From NCBI GenBank assembly GCA_047947115.1, contig CP170459.1:416001-480000 (forward strand): DNA of 64,000 nt, written 5' to 3'. Made by a program: the position numbers and the translations under genes. Of this stretch, positions 44,833 to 53,192 are shown piece after piece. The stretch's first letter is position 1. Every line of letters begins with the position of its first letter. The notes below the pieces were generated by a model. That model was not told where the DNA came from. It made no database searches and was given only the letters and a program-made list of their open reading frames with translations. This stretch comes from Verrucomicrobiota bacterium (GTDB taxonomy: Bacteria > Verrucomicrobiota > Verrucomicrobiia > Limisphaerales > AAA164-E04).

Positions 44833-45792
44833 TCAGACGTCGAAGTAGTAAAAAAACCTAGGTAAAGTTCCGACTTCCTCTTTAAGAACGAAGACTCGCT
44901 TGTTCTTGAGGATGTGAGATATTTCGCTTTCCGGATCCAGAACGTTTCCGAATTTACGGGCTCCGGTCGGGCAGGCCTCCAGGCAAGCAGGATAACGACC
45001 AGCCCGAGTGCGTTGAATACAGAAATGACATTTTTCCACCACGCCTACTGATCGAGGGCGGTTTCCCAGGTAAGACATTTCTTCATTGATCTTTTCCTTG
45101 GGAATCGAAGGTTTGACAAAATTGAACTGTCGAGCGCCGTAAGGACAAGCCGCCTGACAATAACGGCAACCTATGCACCAGTCGTAGTCAACAACCGTGA
45201 TCCCGTCCGATTCCTGCCAGGTCGCCTCCACGGGGCACACCTTTACGCAGGGAGGTTTCTTACACTGATGGCATTGAACCGGCATGTAATACGATCCTTC
45301 CTCAGGCACGGTTGGCGTTTCGTAGTGATGATCGCCTTTTTCGAGATCCAAGGTGCCATTGGGCATTTTCAGGACTCGAATATATTGAAGTTCAGGACTG
45401 CGGGATTGGTTATTTTCCTCCACACAGGCATGCACGCACTTGCGACAACCAATGCAACGGGTTAGATTCAAAGCGTAAGCGAATTCAACACCGTCCATGG
45501 GTTTCAGGTCCTTGACATGGGGGCGGATTCCGTATTCACGTTCCACTTCCGATTCGATCCGAGTCAGGACATCTTTCAATTCTTCCGGCGATAATTCCCG
45601 GTAATGTTTCTGAAGAAAAGCCTCTAACGAGCTGAAGGAATCGAAATCTTTGAGAGGTGAAAGACTGGCAGCCAAGGCCGCCAAACCGGTCGCCCCGGTC
45701 AAAGATTTTCGTAAAAACCCCCGACGACTGAGATCTCTCGTATCGGCCGATGATTTCGGAGCATTCTCTGAATGGTTCTTGGTGGGATTCAT
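44833..45792 (-). CDS. NrfC/DsrO-like 4x[4Fe-4S] protein with a Tat-like leader
   Basis: SRRGFL; CIGCRKCVHAC, CHQCKKPPCVKVCP, CIGCRYCQAACP, CHFC..ACLEACP. Confidence 0.95.
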   Translation of the reverse strand: MNPTKNHSENAPKSSADTRDLSRRGFLRKSLTGATGLAALAASLSPLKDFDSFSSLEAFLQKHYRELSPEELKDVLTRIESEVEREYGIRPHVKDLKPMDGVEFAYALNLTRCIGCRKCVHACVEENNQSRSPELQYIRVLKMPNGTLDLEKGDHHYETPTVPEEGSYYMPVQCHQCKKPPCVKVCPVEATWQESDGITVVDYDWCIGCRYCQAACPYGARQFNFVKPSIPKEKINEEMSYLGNRPRSVGVVEKCHFCIQRTRAGRYPACLEACPTGARKFGNVLDPESEISHILKNKRVFVLKEEVGTLPRFFYYFDV

Positions 45793-45801
45793 CTAGTTTG
45801 A

Positions 45802-46554
45802 TTATGGGTTGTCGGTTTCCGTCGTTGGGTGATGATTTGAACCGTGCATGGGGACCGGACCTCGCGCCGGTGAGAAAGGGAGAAATGCCGGATAGTGCGG
45901 GTCGTGACAGGATGTACAATCCCGTTTCACACGATCACCGGCTGATTGATCCCAGAACCCGTTCAAACGGCCGTGAATCCCAATTTCCCAATCGCGATAT
46001 TTCGGACCGTGGCAATCTCTGCAGAATTCGTTGCTTTGCTCCGGACTCAACCTCCCGCCCGTTTTGGTTTTCAGAACGGTGAGATCTTCGCTGTCATGGC
46101 AGATCATGCAGTCGTTGTTAGTTCCCCCTGGACCATGATGGATGGTGAGGTGAGCGTGCTCGTCAGGGATGATCGTGTTTCCGTCATCGTCCCAATCCAA
46201 TTCATAAGGACTCTCCTCTGGATGACAAGCCATGCAATTCAGCCTTGAAAAAACCAAATCGCGGTGACCGTCTCCGACGATCACTTCACCTGCATCGTTT
46301 CTGAGGGTGGCGACGGGGTCGTCCTTCTCATGGCAGGCATAGCAGTCCAGCCCCGAAACATCCTCGTCCAATGCGATAAGCTCCGATACAGAATAACGCG
46401 GAAGCGCCATGTCTGCTGAGAGCGCCTCTTCCACCTCGACGGGAGTCGGAATCCGAGGCGCTCCCCATAGTTCCAAGAGGAAGCAGACCGCAAGAGCTAG
46501 AAAGGCGCCTGACCAGATGACCGCAGGTGCCATATTGGATTGAGAGGTCGCCAT
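45802..46554 (-). CDS. Membrane-anchored pentaheme cytochrome c
   Basis: N-terminal TM; 5 CXXCH motifs (CYACH, CMACH, CMICH, CRDCH, CTSCH). Confidence 0.92.
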   Translation of the reverse strand: MATSQSNMAPAVIWSGAFLALAVCFLLELWGAPRIPTPVEVEEALSADMALPRYSVSELIALDEDVSGLDCYACHEKDDPVATLRNDAGEVIVGDGHRDLVFSRLNCMACHPEESPYELDWDDDGNTIIPDEHAHLTIHHGPGGTNNDCMICHDSEDLTVLKTKTGGRLSPEQSNEFCRDCHGPKYRDWEIGIHGRLNGFWDQSAGDRVKRDCTSCHDPHYPAFLPFSPARGPVPMHGSNHHPTTETDNP

Positions 46555-46591
46555 AATTTAGCCTTTTATATCAATGGTTGCGGTTTCTAGT

Positions 46592-46993
46592 TTATTTCTT
46601 TTTATCGGGAAGCACTCTCACGAACTTGATCAATTGCTTCAACTGATCATCCTTGAGTTTCTCGCCGTATGCCTTCATTTGTTCCTTGCCCTTGTCATCC
46701 TTCATACCATTTTTGGTGTTCAGGAATCCCTTCGTATCAGTGAAACTCGCCTGATACTTCTTATCGGTCAGGTCTTTGACTTTGGCTTTGCGCCCGGCCT
46801 TTGTTTTTCCTTTGCCATCATTACCGTGACAAGAAGAACAATGCTCTTTCCAAAGTTCGACCGTTTCCTTTGTGACCTTGACGTCAGAAAGGTCAATTTC
46901 TGTTTCGGCTGCCGTCGTATTCAACACGATGGCATTCCAGGAAACAAGTAGGGCGAAAGCTGAGAGAGAGGTAATATATCGGATGTGTTTCAT
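46592..46993 (-). CDS. Periplasmic monoheme class I cytochrome c, Lys-rich
   Basis: Signal peptide from MKHIRY, CSSCH, distal Met in QMKAY. Confidence 0.92.
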   Translation of the reverse strand: MKHIRYITSLSAFALLVSWNAIVLNTTAAETEIDLSDVKVTKETVELWKEHCSSCHGNDGKGKTKAGRKAKVKDLTDKKYQASFTDTKGFLNTKNGMKDDKGKEQMKAYGEKLKDDQLKQLIKFVRVLPDKKK

Positions 46994-47185
46994 AATATCT
47001 TTCAAGTAAGTGTTATTCTTCGTGAACCTAAGTTCCACAGTCCTAATCTTAGCAAAGATCAACGAAACGACTGCACCTAAATTGCTCAACCCTGCGCATT
47101 ATTTGTTGAAGACTATTTTTTACACATATAGCACTTGATCAATTACTTACACATACTCAACCAGGTGCACCATTTGACATCAAGG

Positions 47186-49507
47186 TCAAAACCGATACTG
47201 GATACCGGTTGACACAAGGTGTGCTTTGTAGTCATTCCGACCACCATACGTATCGCTGGCATGCTGGAAATATCCGTAACTAAGATTCCAGCGCATGTTT
47301 TCACGAATGCGACGCGTCAAAGTGAGCGTCACGCCATGATCGGTATCTTCGGCCCCATAGGGTTGAGTGAACGCGGAATTGTCGATGTAGTTATCCGACC
47401 GGTAATACTGATATTGCGCCTCGATTTCAGTGCGAGCGTCAATGAGGTAACCGATGATGGCGGAAGCAGTCCAGTAGTCGTTTTCAGCGTCCTGCACCAA
47501 GACTGTCAAAGCTGGATCTTGACTGAGAGGCGTAGTGGTGTCATCGAGCACATAATTAAGGTTACCTTGGAGATAAACCTTGCTCCATGGCGACCAGGTG
47601 GCGCTCTGACTGAAGATGTAAGCCTGTTGTTCCGCTGTATCCAATGAAGCCAACCCATCCTTTTGGATGTTGATGTTGGATTGCTGATAATCGAATCGCG
47701 ACACCAGTGTCAGAGTGGTGTGCGGACGGACGGTCACACGAAAATTCACGTCGTCCACATCAAAATTATAACGATTGAGGTATGCCGGATAGCGGTTCAA
47801 ACCGGTATTCGCAACCGAATCTGTCTCTTGATCGAAATCATTGGACCTGATCTTGCGATAATACTGCGCCCCCATACTCAAACGCTGCATGGGATACCAG
47901 TTCGCCCCGACTGTGTATTTGTGCTGAAAGCGGGAAAAATCGGTATCGCGTTCAAAATCGACCAATCCGGTGGTCAAGGCCAATTGCCGTTCTTCCAAGT
48001 CACCATCACCCTGCAACCAATCCCCCCTTAGGTAGAAAACCCAATGTTTCAAGCGAGCATAACGGGCCTCCAGCCTTTCGGAAAGATCAATGAAACCCTG
48101 CTCGGAAAGACCTTGCCTGGAAACGCCACTACCCGGCGTATCAAGCCAGGTTGAACGACCTTCCATGTCCTGGTGCTCAATGCGAATCGAAGGCGTGATT
48201 GTCAAACCCTTCACAGGTTGATACATCAGGTTGAGAGTGGCCACATGTTGATTCACCCTGGATCCCCCTGTTAAGCCGAGAAATCCGGGACCTCGCGCCA
48301 GTGACGGGTCATACACGGCATCGTATTCGAGTGCAAAAATGCGATCCCCGCGAAAATCGGTGTCCAGACTGGTGACAGCATATCCGGATGACAAGAACCA
48401 ACGTTCGTTGAAGCGGGTTTCGGTAAAGGAATGAGCACCGAAGAGGTCGGTGTCGGTGATCTGGTTCTGGGTCATGCGGGACTCGGAGGAGCTTTCCGGA
48501 TCATATCGTTCATTCAACGAATTCGATCTGGATCCGGTTTCGATTCGCACCCCGCCACCAAGGTCGGTATTACCCAGCGTGTGCCTCACCCCGAGACTGA
48601 CACGATCACTGGATTCATCAATGCTTCGAAACGCACTGCTGATGCCTCTTCCTTGCGCCGATCTTGCCGGGGCCCAGATCAACGAGTCCTTGTTTCCCTT
48701 TGTAAACACATGTGCATAGTCAAAGGTAAATACAGGCCAATCTTCCTTGGCCAAACGACCCCGAGCCCATGCCATGCCTCGATCAACAAAAAGTTCGTCC
48801 TGATCGAGCGGAAACCATGAGTCCGTTGCGGGATCATAGCCTCCGGATCCATTATAAAATGAACGGCTTTCCTGATAACCGACGGCCAGATACCCCAGTT
48901 CCGAATCATCATACTTCATGGAAAAATCGAAGTCCTGGTTGCCGAGCATGCTTTTGCCGTCGATGAGAAACATCCCGTTTTCACCGACAAATTTTTCAAA
49001 ATGAAAATCCTGAACACCCCCGAACCCTCCGGAAGGTATGCCGAAGCGTCTTTGAAATTCAGCCTGGTTGCCTTGCACATCAGCCCCCCCCACGGAGAAG
49101 TTCAACCATCCGGTAAATTCCGTATTGCCACCACGCCACTGAGTAAATTCCTCCTCGCCCTCCTCCTCGTCTTCGCCCAGAACATCATCGAAATCATCCC
49201 AATCGAATTCCTCCTCCAAATCCTCCATCTCATCATCGTCATCGCCCCCCCCTTCGGAGACCGTCTCCCCGGATTCCGAGTCAGGCAACTTTTCTTCCTG
49301 CCCGGAAACCTCGGCTTCGACTGACTCATCTTCCTCCGCTGATGGACTGTCGCCGGTGATGACCGCGTCGCCTGACGGAGCTGGAGATTCAGCGCCGGAT
49401 ACGGATGATTGGGAATCCGCACCATGAAGCTGCCATGGAACCAGCCATGCCAGAATAACAGCCATGGTCAGGGAGCGGATCGTTTTTTCACAAAAGAAAG
49501 CGTTCAT
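47186..49507 (-). CDS. MtrB/PioB-like outer-membrane beta-barrel porin
   Basis: Signal peptide, acidic linker, about 640 aa of amphipathic strands, C-terminal GIQYRF beta-signal; adjacent to an MtrA-like gene. Confidence 0.85.
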   Translation of the reverse strand: MNAFFCEKTIRSLTMAVILAWLVPWQLHGADSQSSVSGAESPAPSGDAVITGDSPSAEEDESVEAEVSGQEEKLPDSESGETVSEGGGDDDDEMEDLEEEFDWDDFDDVLGEDEEEGEEEFTQWRGGNTEFTGWLNFSVGGADVQGNQAEFQRRFGIPSGGFGGVQDFHFEKFVGENGMFLIDGKSMLGNQDFDFSMKYDDSELGYLAVGYQESRSFYNGSGGYDPATDSWFPLDQDELFVDRGMAWARGRLAKEDWPVFTFDYAHVFTKGNKDSLIWAPARSAQGRGISSAFRSIDESSDRVSLGVRHTLGNTDLGGGVRIETGSRSNSLNERYDPESSSESRMTQNQITDTDLFGAHSFTETRFNERWFLSSGYAVTSLDTDFRGDRIFALEYDAVYDPSLARGPGFLGLTGGSRVNQHVATLNLMYQPVKGLTITPSIRIEHQDMEGRSTWLDTPGSGVSRQGLSEQGFIDLSERLEARYARLKHWVFYLRGDWLQGDGDLEERQLALTTGLVDFERDTDFSRFQHKYTVGANWYPMQRLSMGAQYYRKIRSNDFDQETDSVANTGLNRYPAYLNRYNFDVDDVNFRVTVRPHTTLTLVSRFDYQQSNINIQKDGLASLDTAEQQAYIFSQSATWSPWSKVYLQGNLNYVLDDTTTPLSQDPALTVLVQDAENDYWTASAIIGYLIDARTEIEAQYQYYRSDNYIDNSAFTQPYGAEDTDHGVTLTLTRRIRENMRWNLSYGYFQHASDTYGGRNDYKAHLVSTGIQYRF

Positions 49508-49536
49508 TGTGTACTGCTGGGTTGATCTGCTGTGGG

Positions 49537-50346
49537 TTAAAAGCGCAAAGAGCTGCTGACGTGAGATCCGTGCACCGCCTCATGACAACCGGCGGTCCAA
49601 CAAGTGCCCTCCCTCATCAGGAAACGATGTGGCAAACCGCCGATTCGTAAATCAGAATTCAATTCCTGCGCATGACATTTCAGGCATAGGACAGAGTTAC
49701 GTTCCTTCAACATCTTCGCGTTGATGCTGCCGTGAGGATCGTGACAAATGGTGCACCCTTCCCGCATGGCTTCGTGTTGAAAAACAAATGGACCTCGTTG
49801 TTCAGGATGACAGTTCAAGCAGGTGGCATCTTCCGGACGGTTTAAAAAGTTCAGATTACCGGTTGTCGCAGTCCCGTGGTGAGGGTCGTGACAATCAGAA
49901 CAATTGATCTGCCCGTCCTCAATAGGGTGATGGTTTGGAAGATGAAATTGGCCCCTCATCTCGGCATGACAACGAAAACAAACGGACGGTGATTTCCTGG
50001 GGTTGATGATGGTGTCGTAGGCCCCTCCGCTATCAGAATGTATACTCCCCGGCCCATGACAAACCTCGCAGCCTATGCTCTCCAGATCCTCATGATGGAC
50101 CGGCACGTCCGCATGAGGGGTGGCTTCGAAAGAGGTAAAATAAGTCTCATGACACGAAAGGCAGTCCTCTGACCCGACAAAATCGGCATCAGGAATGTCC
50201 GGCGGCATTCGAAATACCGAATCGGGTGTGACACAAGAAATCCACACCAAACTCACGAAGGCAATCAGCCCCAGCACCGGTCCGGTGAAACCAAAGGTCT
50301 TTCCGTTGAACAGAGATCCATTATGACTGTTTTTCCACGATTTCAT
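49537..50346 (-). CDS. MtrA/DmsE-like periplasmic multiheme cytochrome (7 CXXCH + 1 CX4CH)
   Basis: FVGSEDCLSCH, CEVCHGPGS.H, CSDCHDPH, RGPFVFQH, CTICHDPHGS, LCLKCH, CWTAGCHEAVHGS; possible lipobox WISC; start uncertain. Confidence 0.92.
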   Translation of the reverse strand: MKSWKNSHNGSLFNGKTFGFTGPVLGLIAFVSLVWISCVTPDSVFRMPPDIPDADFVGSEDCLSCHETYFTSFEATPHADVPVHHEDLESIGCEVCHGPGSIHSDSGGAYDTIINPRKSPSVCFRCHAEMRGQFHLPNHHPIEDGQINCSDCHDPHHGTATTGNLNFLNRPEDATCLNCHPEQRGPFVFQHEAMREGCTICHDPHGSINAKMLKERNSVLCLKCHAQELNSDLRIGGLPHRFLMREGTCWTAGCHEAVHGSHVSSSLRF

Positions 50347-50777
50347 GAGGCGGTTGATCCTTCTCCACTGATTGAAAAGTGTTCTTACTGAGACAACTCT
50401 CCCGGCCATATAGCACGTTTGATGTTTCATATCTCAAGTCGAGAAATATGTGTCAGCCTAATTGATTCCCCATATCCAGTCATAGCCTATTTTGTTAAGG
50501 GGTAGCCAAAAATTGTTGCAATGCATTTCTGCAACTTCAAGAGCACACTCACGTGACTTGTCATCAGCCGGGAATCAATTTTTGTCTAGGCTTAAACAAC
50601 AAAGGTGTGGCTGGAAAAATCCTTCACTCGTACCGTAGGTAAAACTTGGTCCGTACTGAACCATACAACAAAGGGAAACGGAAAGTATGAACACACGATT
50701 GACATCGTTTTGGCGTCTGGATCCAAAAGATCTCTTCTATCACTCTGAAATTGATAATTCTAAAACATCAAGCTCGC

Positions 50778-53027
50778 ATGAAAACTAACCAAATACTAAC
50801 CACCAGAGTATCGAATCTTAATCATCTGATGAAGGTGGCGATACTGGGGGTCGTTCTTGCGATTTGCATGCCTGCCACGGCATTTGCCGAAGGCAGCCAG
50901 ATCGCAGCTCGACCACTGTCACCACAAGAGATCAAAGACCACAACCTGCCTGCAGGTGTTCAAAAATCGGGGGGGTTGCACAACATCGGTATCGGGGAAC
51001 CTTTCTATCTGGAAGCACAGGTACCGGCAGGAACGACCGTCGTGACAACGGAATGGTCCTTGGAATCCAAACCAGCCGATTCCGCAGCAGAGCTTTCCGA
51101 AAGCCCGCTCCCGTTGACAATTCCCGTTTACAATCCCGGCGATCGTGAAGTCAACTTCGTTGCCGGACGGAAACTATTGGTTCCGGACATTGTCGGCAAA
51201 TACCAAGTCAAGGCCGTTGTGAAAACCGACGGGGAAGACATTGTACTCACTCGCGATCTGTATGGCGCAACCTATATTGGGGCAGGCGATGGATTCGTGT
51301 TTTCGGATCCTTTGCGTTGCTCTGTTTGTCATACCGAGAAATACAACGGATGGAAAGAAACGCGTCATGCTGACGCCTTTACCAATCACATCGAAGGCAG
51401 GGGAAGCAATCACTATGGCGAACACTGTAATGCTTGCCACACTTTGGGTTACAATACCGCACCTGAAGCAGACAACGGTGGATTTGATGATATCGCCAAG
51501 TTGGTGGAATGGGCTTTTCCTGAAACGTTGGAACCCGGCAATTTTGATGCCATGCCCAAGGACCTGCAACACAAAGCCAATATTCAGTGCGAAAGCTGTC
51601 ATGGTGCCGGTAGCGCTCACGTCGCAGCAGGTGGTAATCCCGAAATGATCACCATGAGCACGAGTTCAGGAGACTGTGCCCAATGTCATGATTCAGCTCC
51701 CTATCATGTCATCAACAAACAATGGAATAGTTCTAATCACGCCGTTGCCACACGGTATCCAACCGGTGAAGGACGTTCTTCTTGTGTTGGTTGTCATAGT
51801 GGGGTCGGGTTCATCGACAGAACCGACGGATTACCCCAGAATGAACGACGTACCGAATGGGAAGCCATAGTCTGCGCGACCTGCCATGATCCTCACGCAG
51901 GAGACAACCCTCACCAGTTGAGAAAGGTAGATTCCGTAACATTTGTTAACGGGCACACCGAAACCCAAGGCGGAAACGGACTTCTTTGCATGAACTGCCA
52001 CATGTCACGACGTGATGCAGAAACTTACGTCACGGAGTATCATGGCCATTACGGACCTCATTATGGGCCACAAGGCGATATGCTCTCTGGCACGAATGCT
52101 ATCGAATATGGTCAACGCATTCCCAGTTCTGCTCACTTGGCAGCCGTCAAGGATTCCTGTGTGACCTGTCATATGCAGGACACCAGTAGAGATAATCCTG
52201 CTCACACATTGGCTGGAGGCCACACATTCAAACCATCTTGGAACGGCGGAACTCCCGAAGACCATTCAGACGATATTCCTCTGGTGGAAGCTTGTTCCAA
52301 CTGTCACGGCGGAATCGAATCATTCGATTTTCCAAGACAGGACTTTGATGGTGACGGAGTCATCGCTGGCGTACAAACAGAAGTCAAAGGTTTGATGAGC
52401 AAGCTTGCCCTGTTGTTGCCGCCTTATGGCGTCGACGAAGTTTCCGTAACTGCAGATTACACCCCCGCCGAATTGCGAGCCGCATACAATTATCTCTTCG
52501 TAGAAGATGATGGCAGCTTTGGTGTGCATAACTTGAGTTACACACTCGGCATCCTTCGCGGAGCCATTGCCGATGTGTCAGGAACCAGCTTGGACAGCGA
52601 CGGCGACGGTATCTTGGACGAATGGGAAGTCGAACATTTCGGCAGCATCGTAGCCAAGAGTGGAGATGGCGATGCGGACATGGATGGTCTGTCAGATCGC
52701 TTGGAATACCAAGTGGGATCCAATCCTAACTTGGCAGATTCCGATGGTGACGGATTCGGTGACCTTGCCGAGTTGCATGCAGGAACAGACATACAGAATG
52801 CCGAAGATAATCCCGTAACCGGACGTAGTGAAATCCACCACGCCGTAGAGTACGTGTTCTACACCGAAGCCGGAAAATCCTATCAGGTGCAGGTTGCAGA
52901 TTCTCTGAATGGCACCGGATGGGTCGACGTTGGGGAACCGATCGAAGGTAATGGCGATGTCATTCAGCACTTCGCATCTACCAGAGAAGAAGCGCAGCAG
53001 TACTTCCGTGTGATCGAGTTACAATAA
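50778..53027 (+). CDS. Exported nonaheme cytochrome c with DxDxDG repeats and a C-terminal small beta-domain
   Basis: Signal peptide (..ATAFA); 9 CXXCH motifs (CSVCH, CNACH, CESCH, CAQCH, CVGCH, CATCH, CMNCH, CVTCH, CSNCH); GSFGVHN; DSDGDG repeats; terminal TEAGKSYQVQ..L...W...YFRV. Confidence 0.93.
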   Translation: MKTNQILTTRVSNLNHLMKVAILGVVLAICMPATAFAEGSQIAARPLSPQEIKDHNLPAGVQKSGGLHNIGIGEPFYLEAQVPAGTTVVTTEWSLESKPADSAAELSESPLPLTIPVYNPGDREVNFVAGRKLLVPDIVGKYQVKAVVKTDGEDIVLTRDLYGATYIGAGDGFVFSDPLRCSVCHTEKYNGWKETRHADAFTNHIEGRGSNHYGEHCNACHTLGYNTAPEADNGGFDDIAKLVEWAFPETLEPGNFDAMPKDLQHKANIQCESCHGAGSAHVAAGGNPEMITMSTSSGDCAQCHDSAPYHVINKQWNSSNHAVATRYPTGEGRSSCVGCHSGVGFIDRTDGLPQNERRTEWEAIVCATCHDPHAGDNPHQLRKVDSVTFVNGHTETQGGNGLLCMNCHMSRRDAETYVTEYHGHYGPHYGPQGDMLSGTNAIEYGQRIPSSAHLAAVKDSCVTCHMQDTSRDNPAHTLAGGHTFKPSWNGGTPEDHSDDIPLVEACSNCHGGIESFDFPRQDFDGDGVIAGVQTEVKGLMSKLALLLPPYGVDEVSVTADYTPAELRAAYNYLFVEDDGSFGVHNLSYTLGILRGAIADVSGTSLDSDGDGILDEWEVEHFGSIVAKSGDGDADMDGLSDRLEYQVGSNPNLADSDGDGFGDLAELHAGTDIQNAEDNPVTGRSEIHHAVEYVFYTEAGKSYQVQVADSLNGTGWVDVGEPIEGNGDVIQHFASTREEAQQYFRVIELQ

Positions 53028-53061
53028 GGACGAAAGTAGTAGATCGTTTCCTGACATCATC

Positions 53062-53091
53062 AAAGGGGCCGTCTTAGGACGGCCCCTTTTT
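53062..53091 (+). terminator. Intrinsic terminator
   Basis: AAAGGGGCCGTC-TTAG-GACGGCCCCTTTTT. Confidence 0.92.
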
Positions 53092-53138
53092 ACGTACAGT
53101 TGAGGTTATTTAAATCAAAGCCCCGGTATTGCGGTAAG

Positions 53139-53170
53139 AAAAAAGGCGACACCCTCTGCAGAGCGTCGCC
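53139..53170 (-). terminator. Intrinsic terminator
   Basis: Minus strand GGCGACGCTCTGCAGAGGGTGTCGCC followed by TTTTTT. Confidence 0.8.
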
Positions 53171-53192
53171 CATGAAGCAAAAGCACCATGCT

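Noticed and set aside
47130..47190. FNR box upstream of the monoheme cytochrome
   Set aside because: The spacing is N6 rather than TTGAT-N4-ATCAA, and it overlaps the porin stop; kept only as a weak palindrome.
50778..53027. NrfA nitrite reductase partnering the NrfCD-like genes
   Set aside because: There is no CXXCK catalytic heme motif, it has 9 CXXCH motifs, and it carries surface-type accessory domains.
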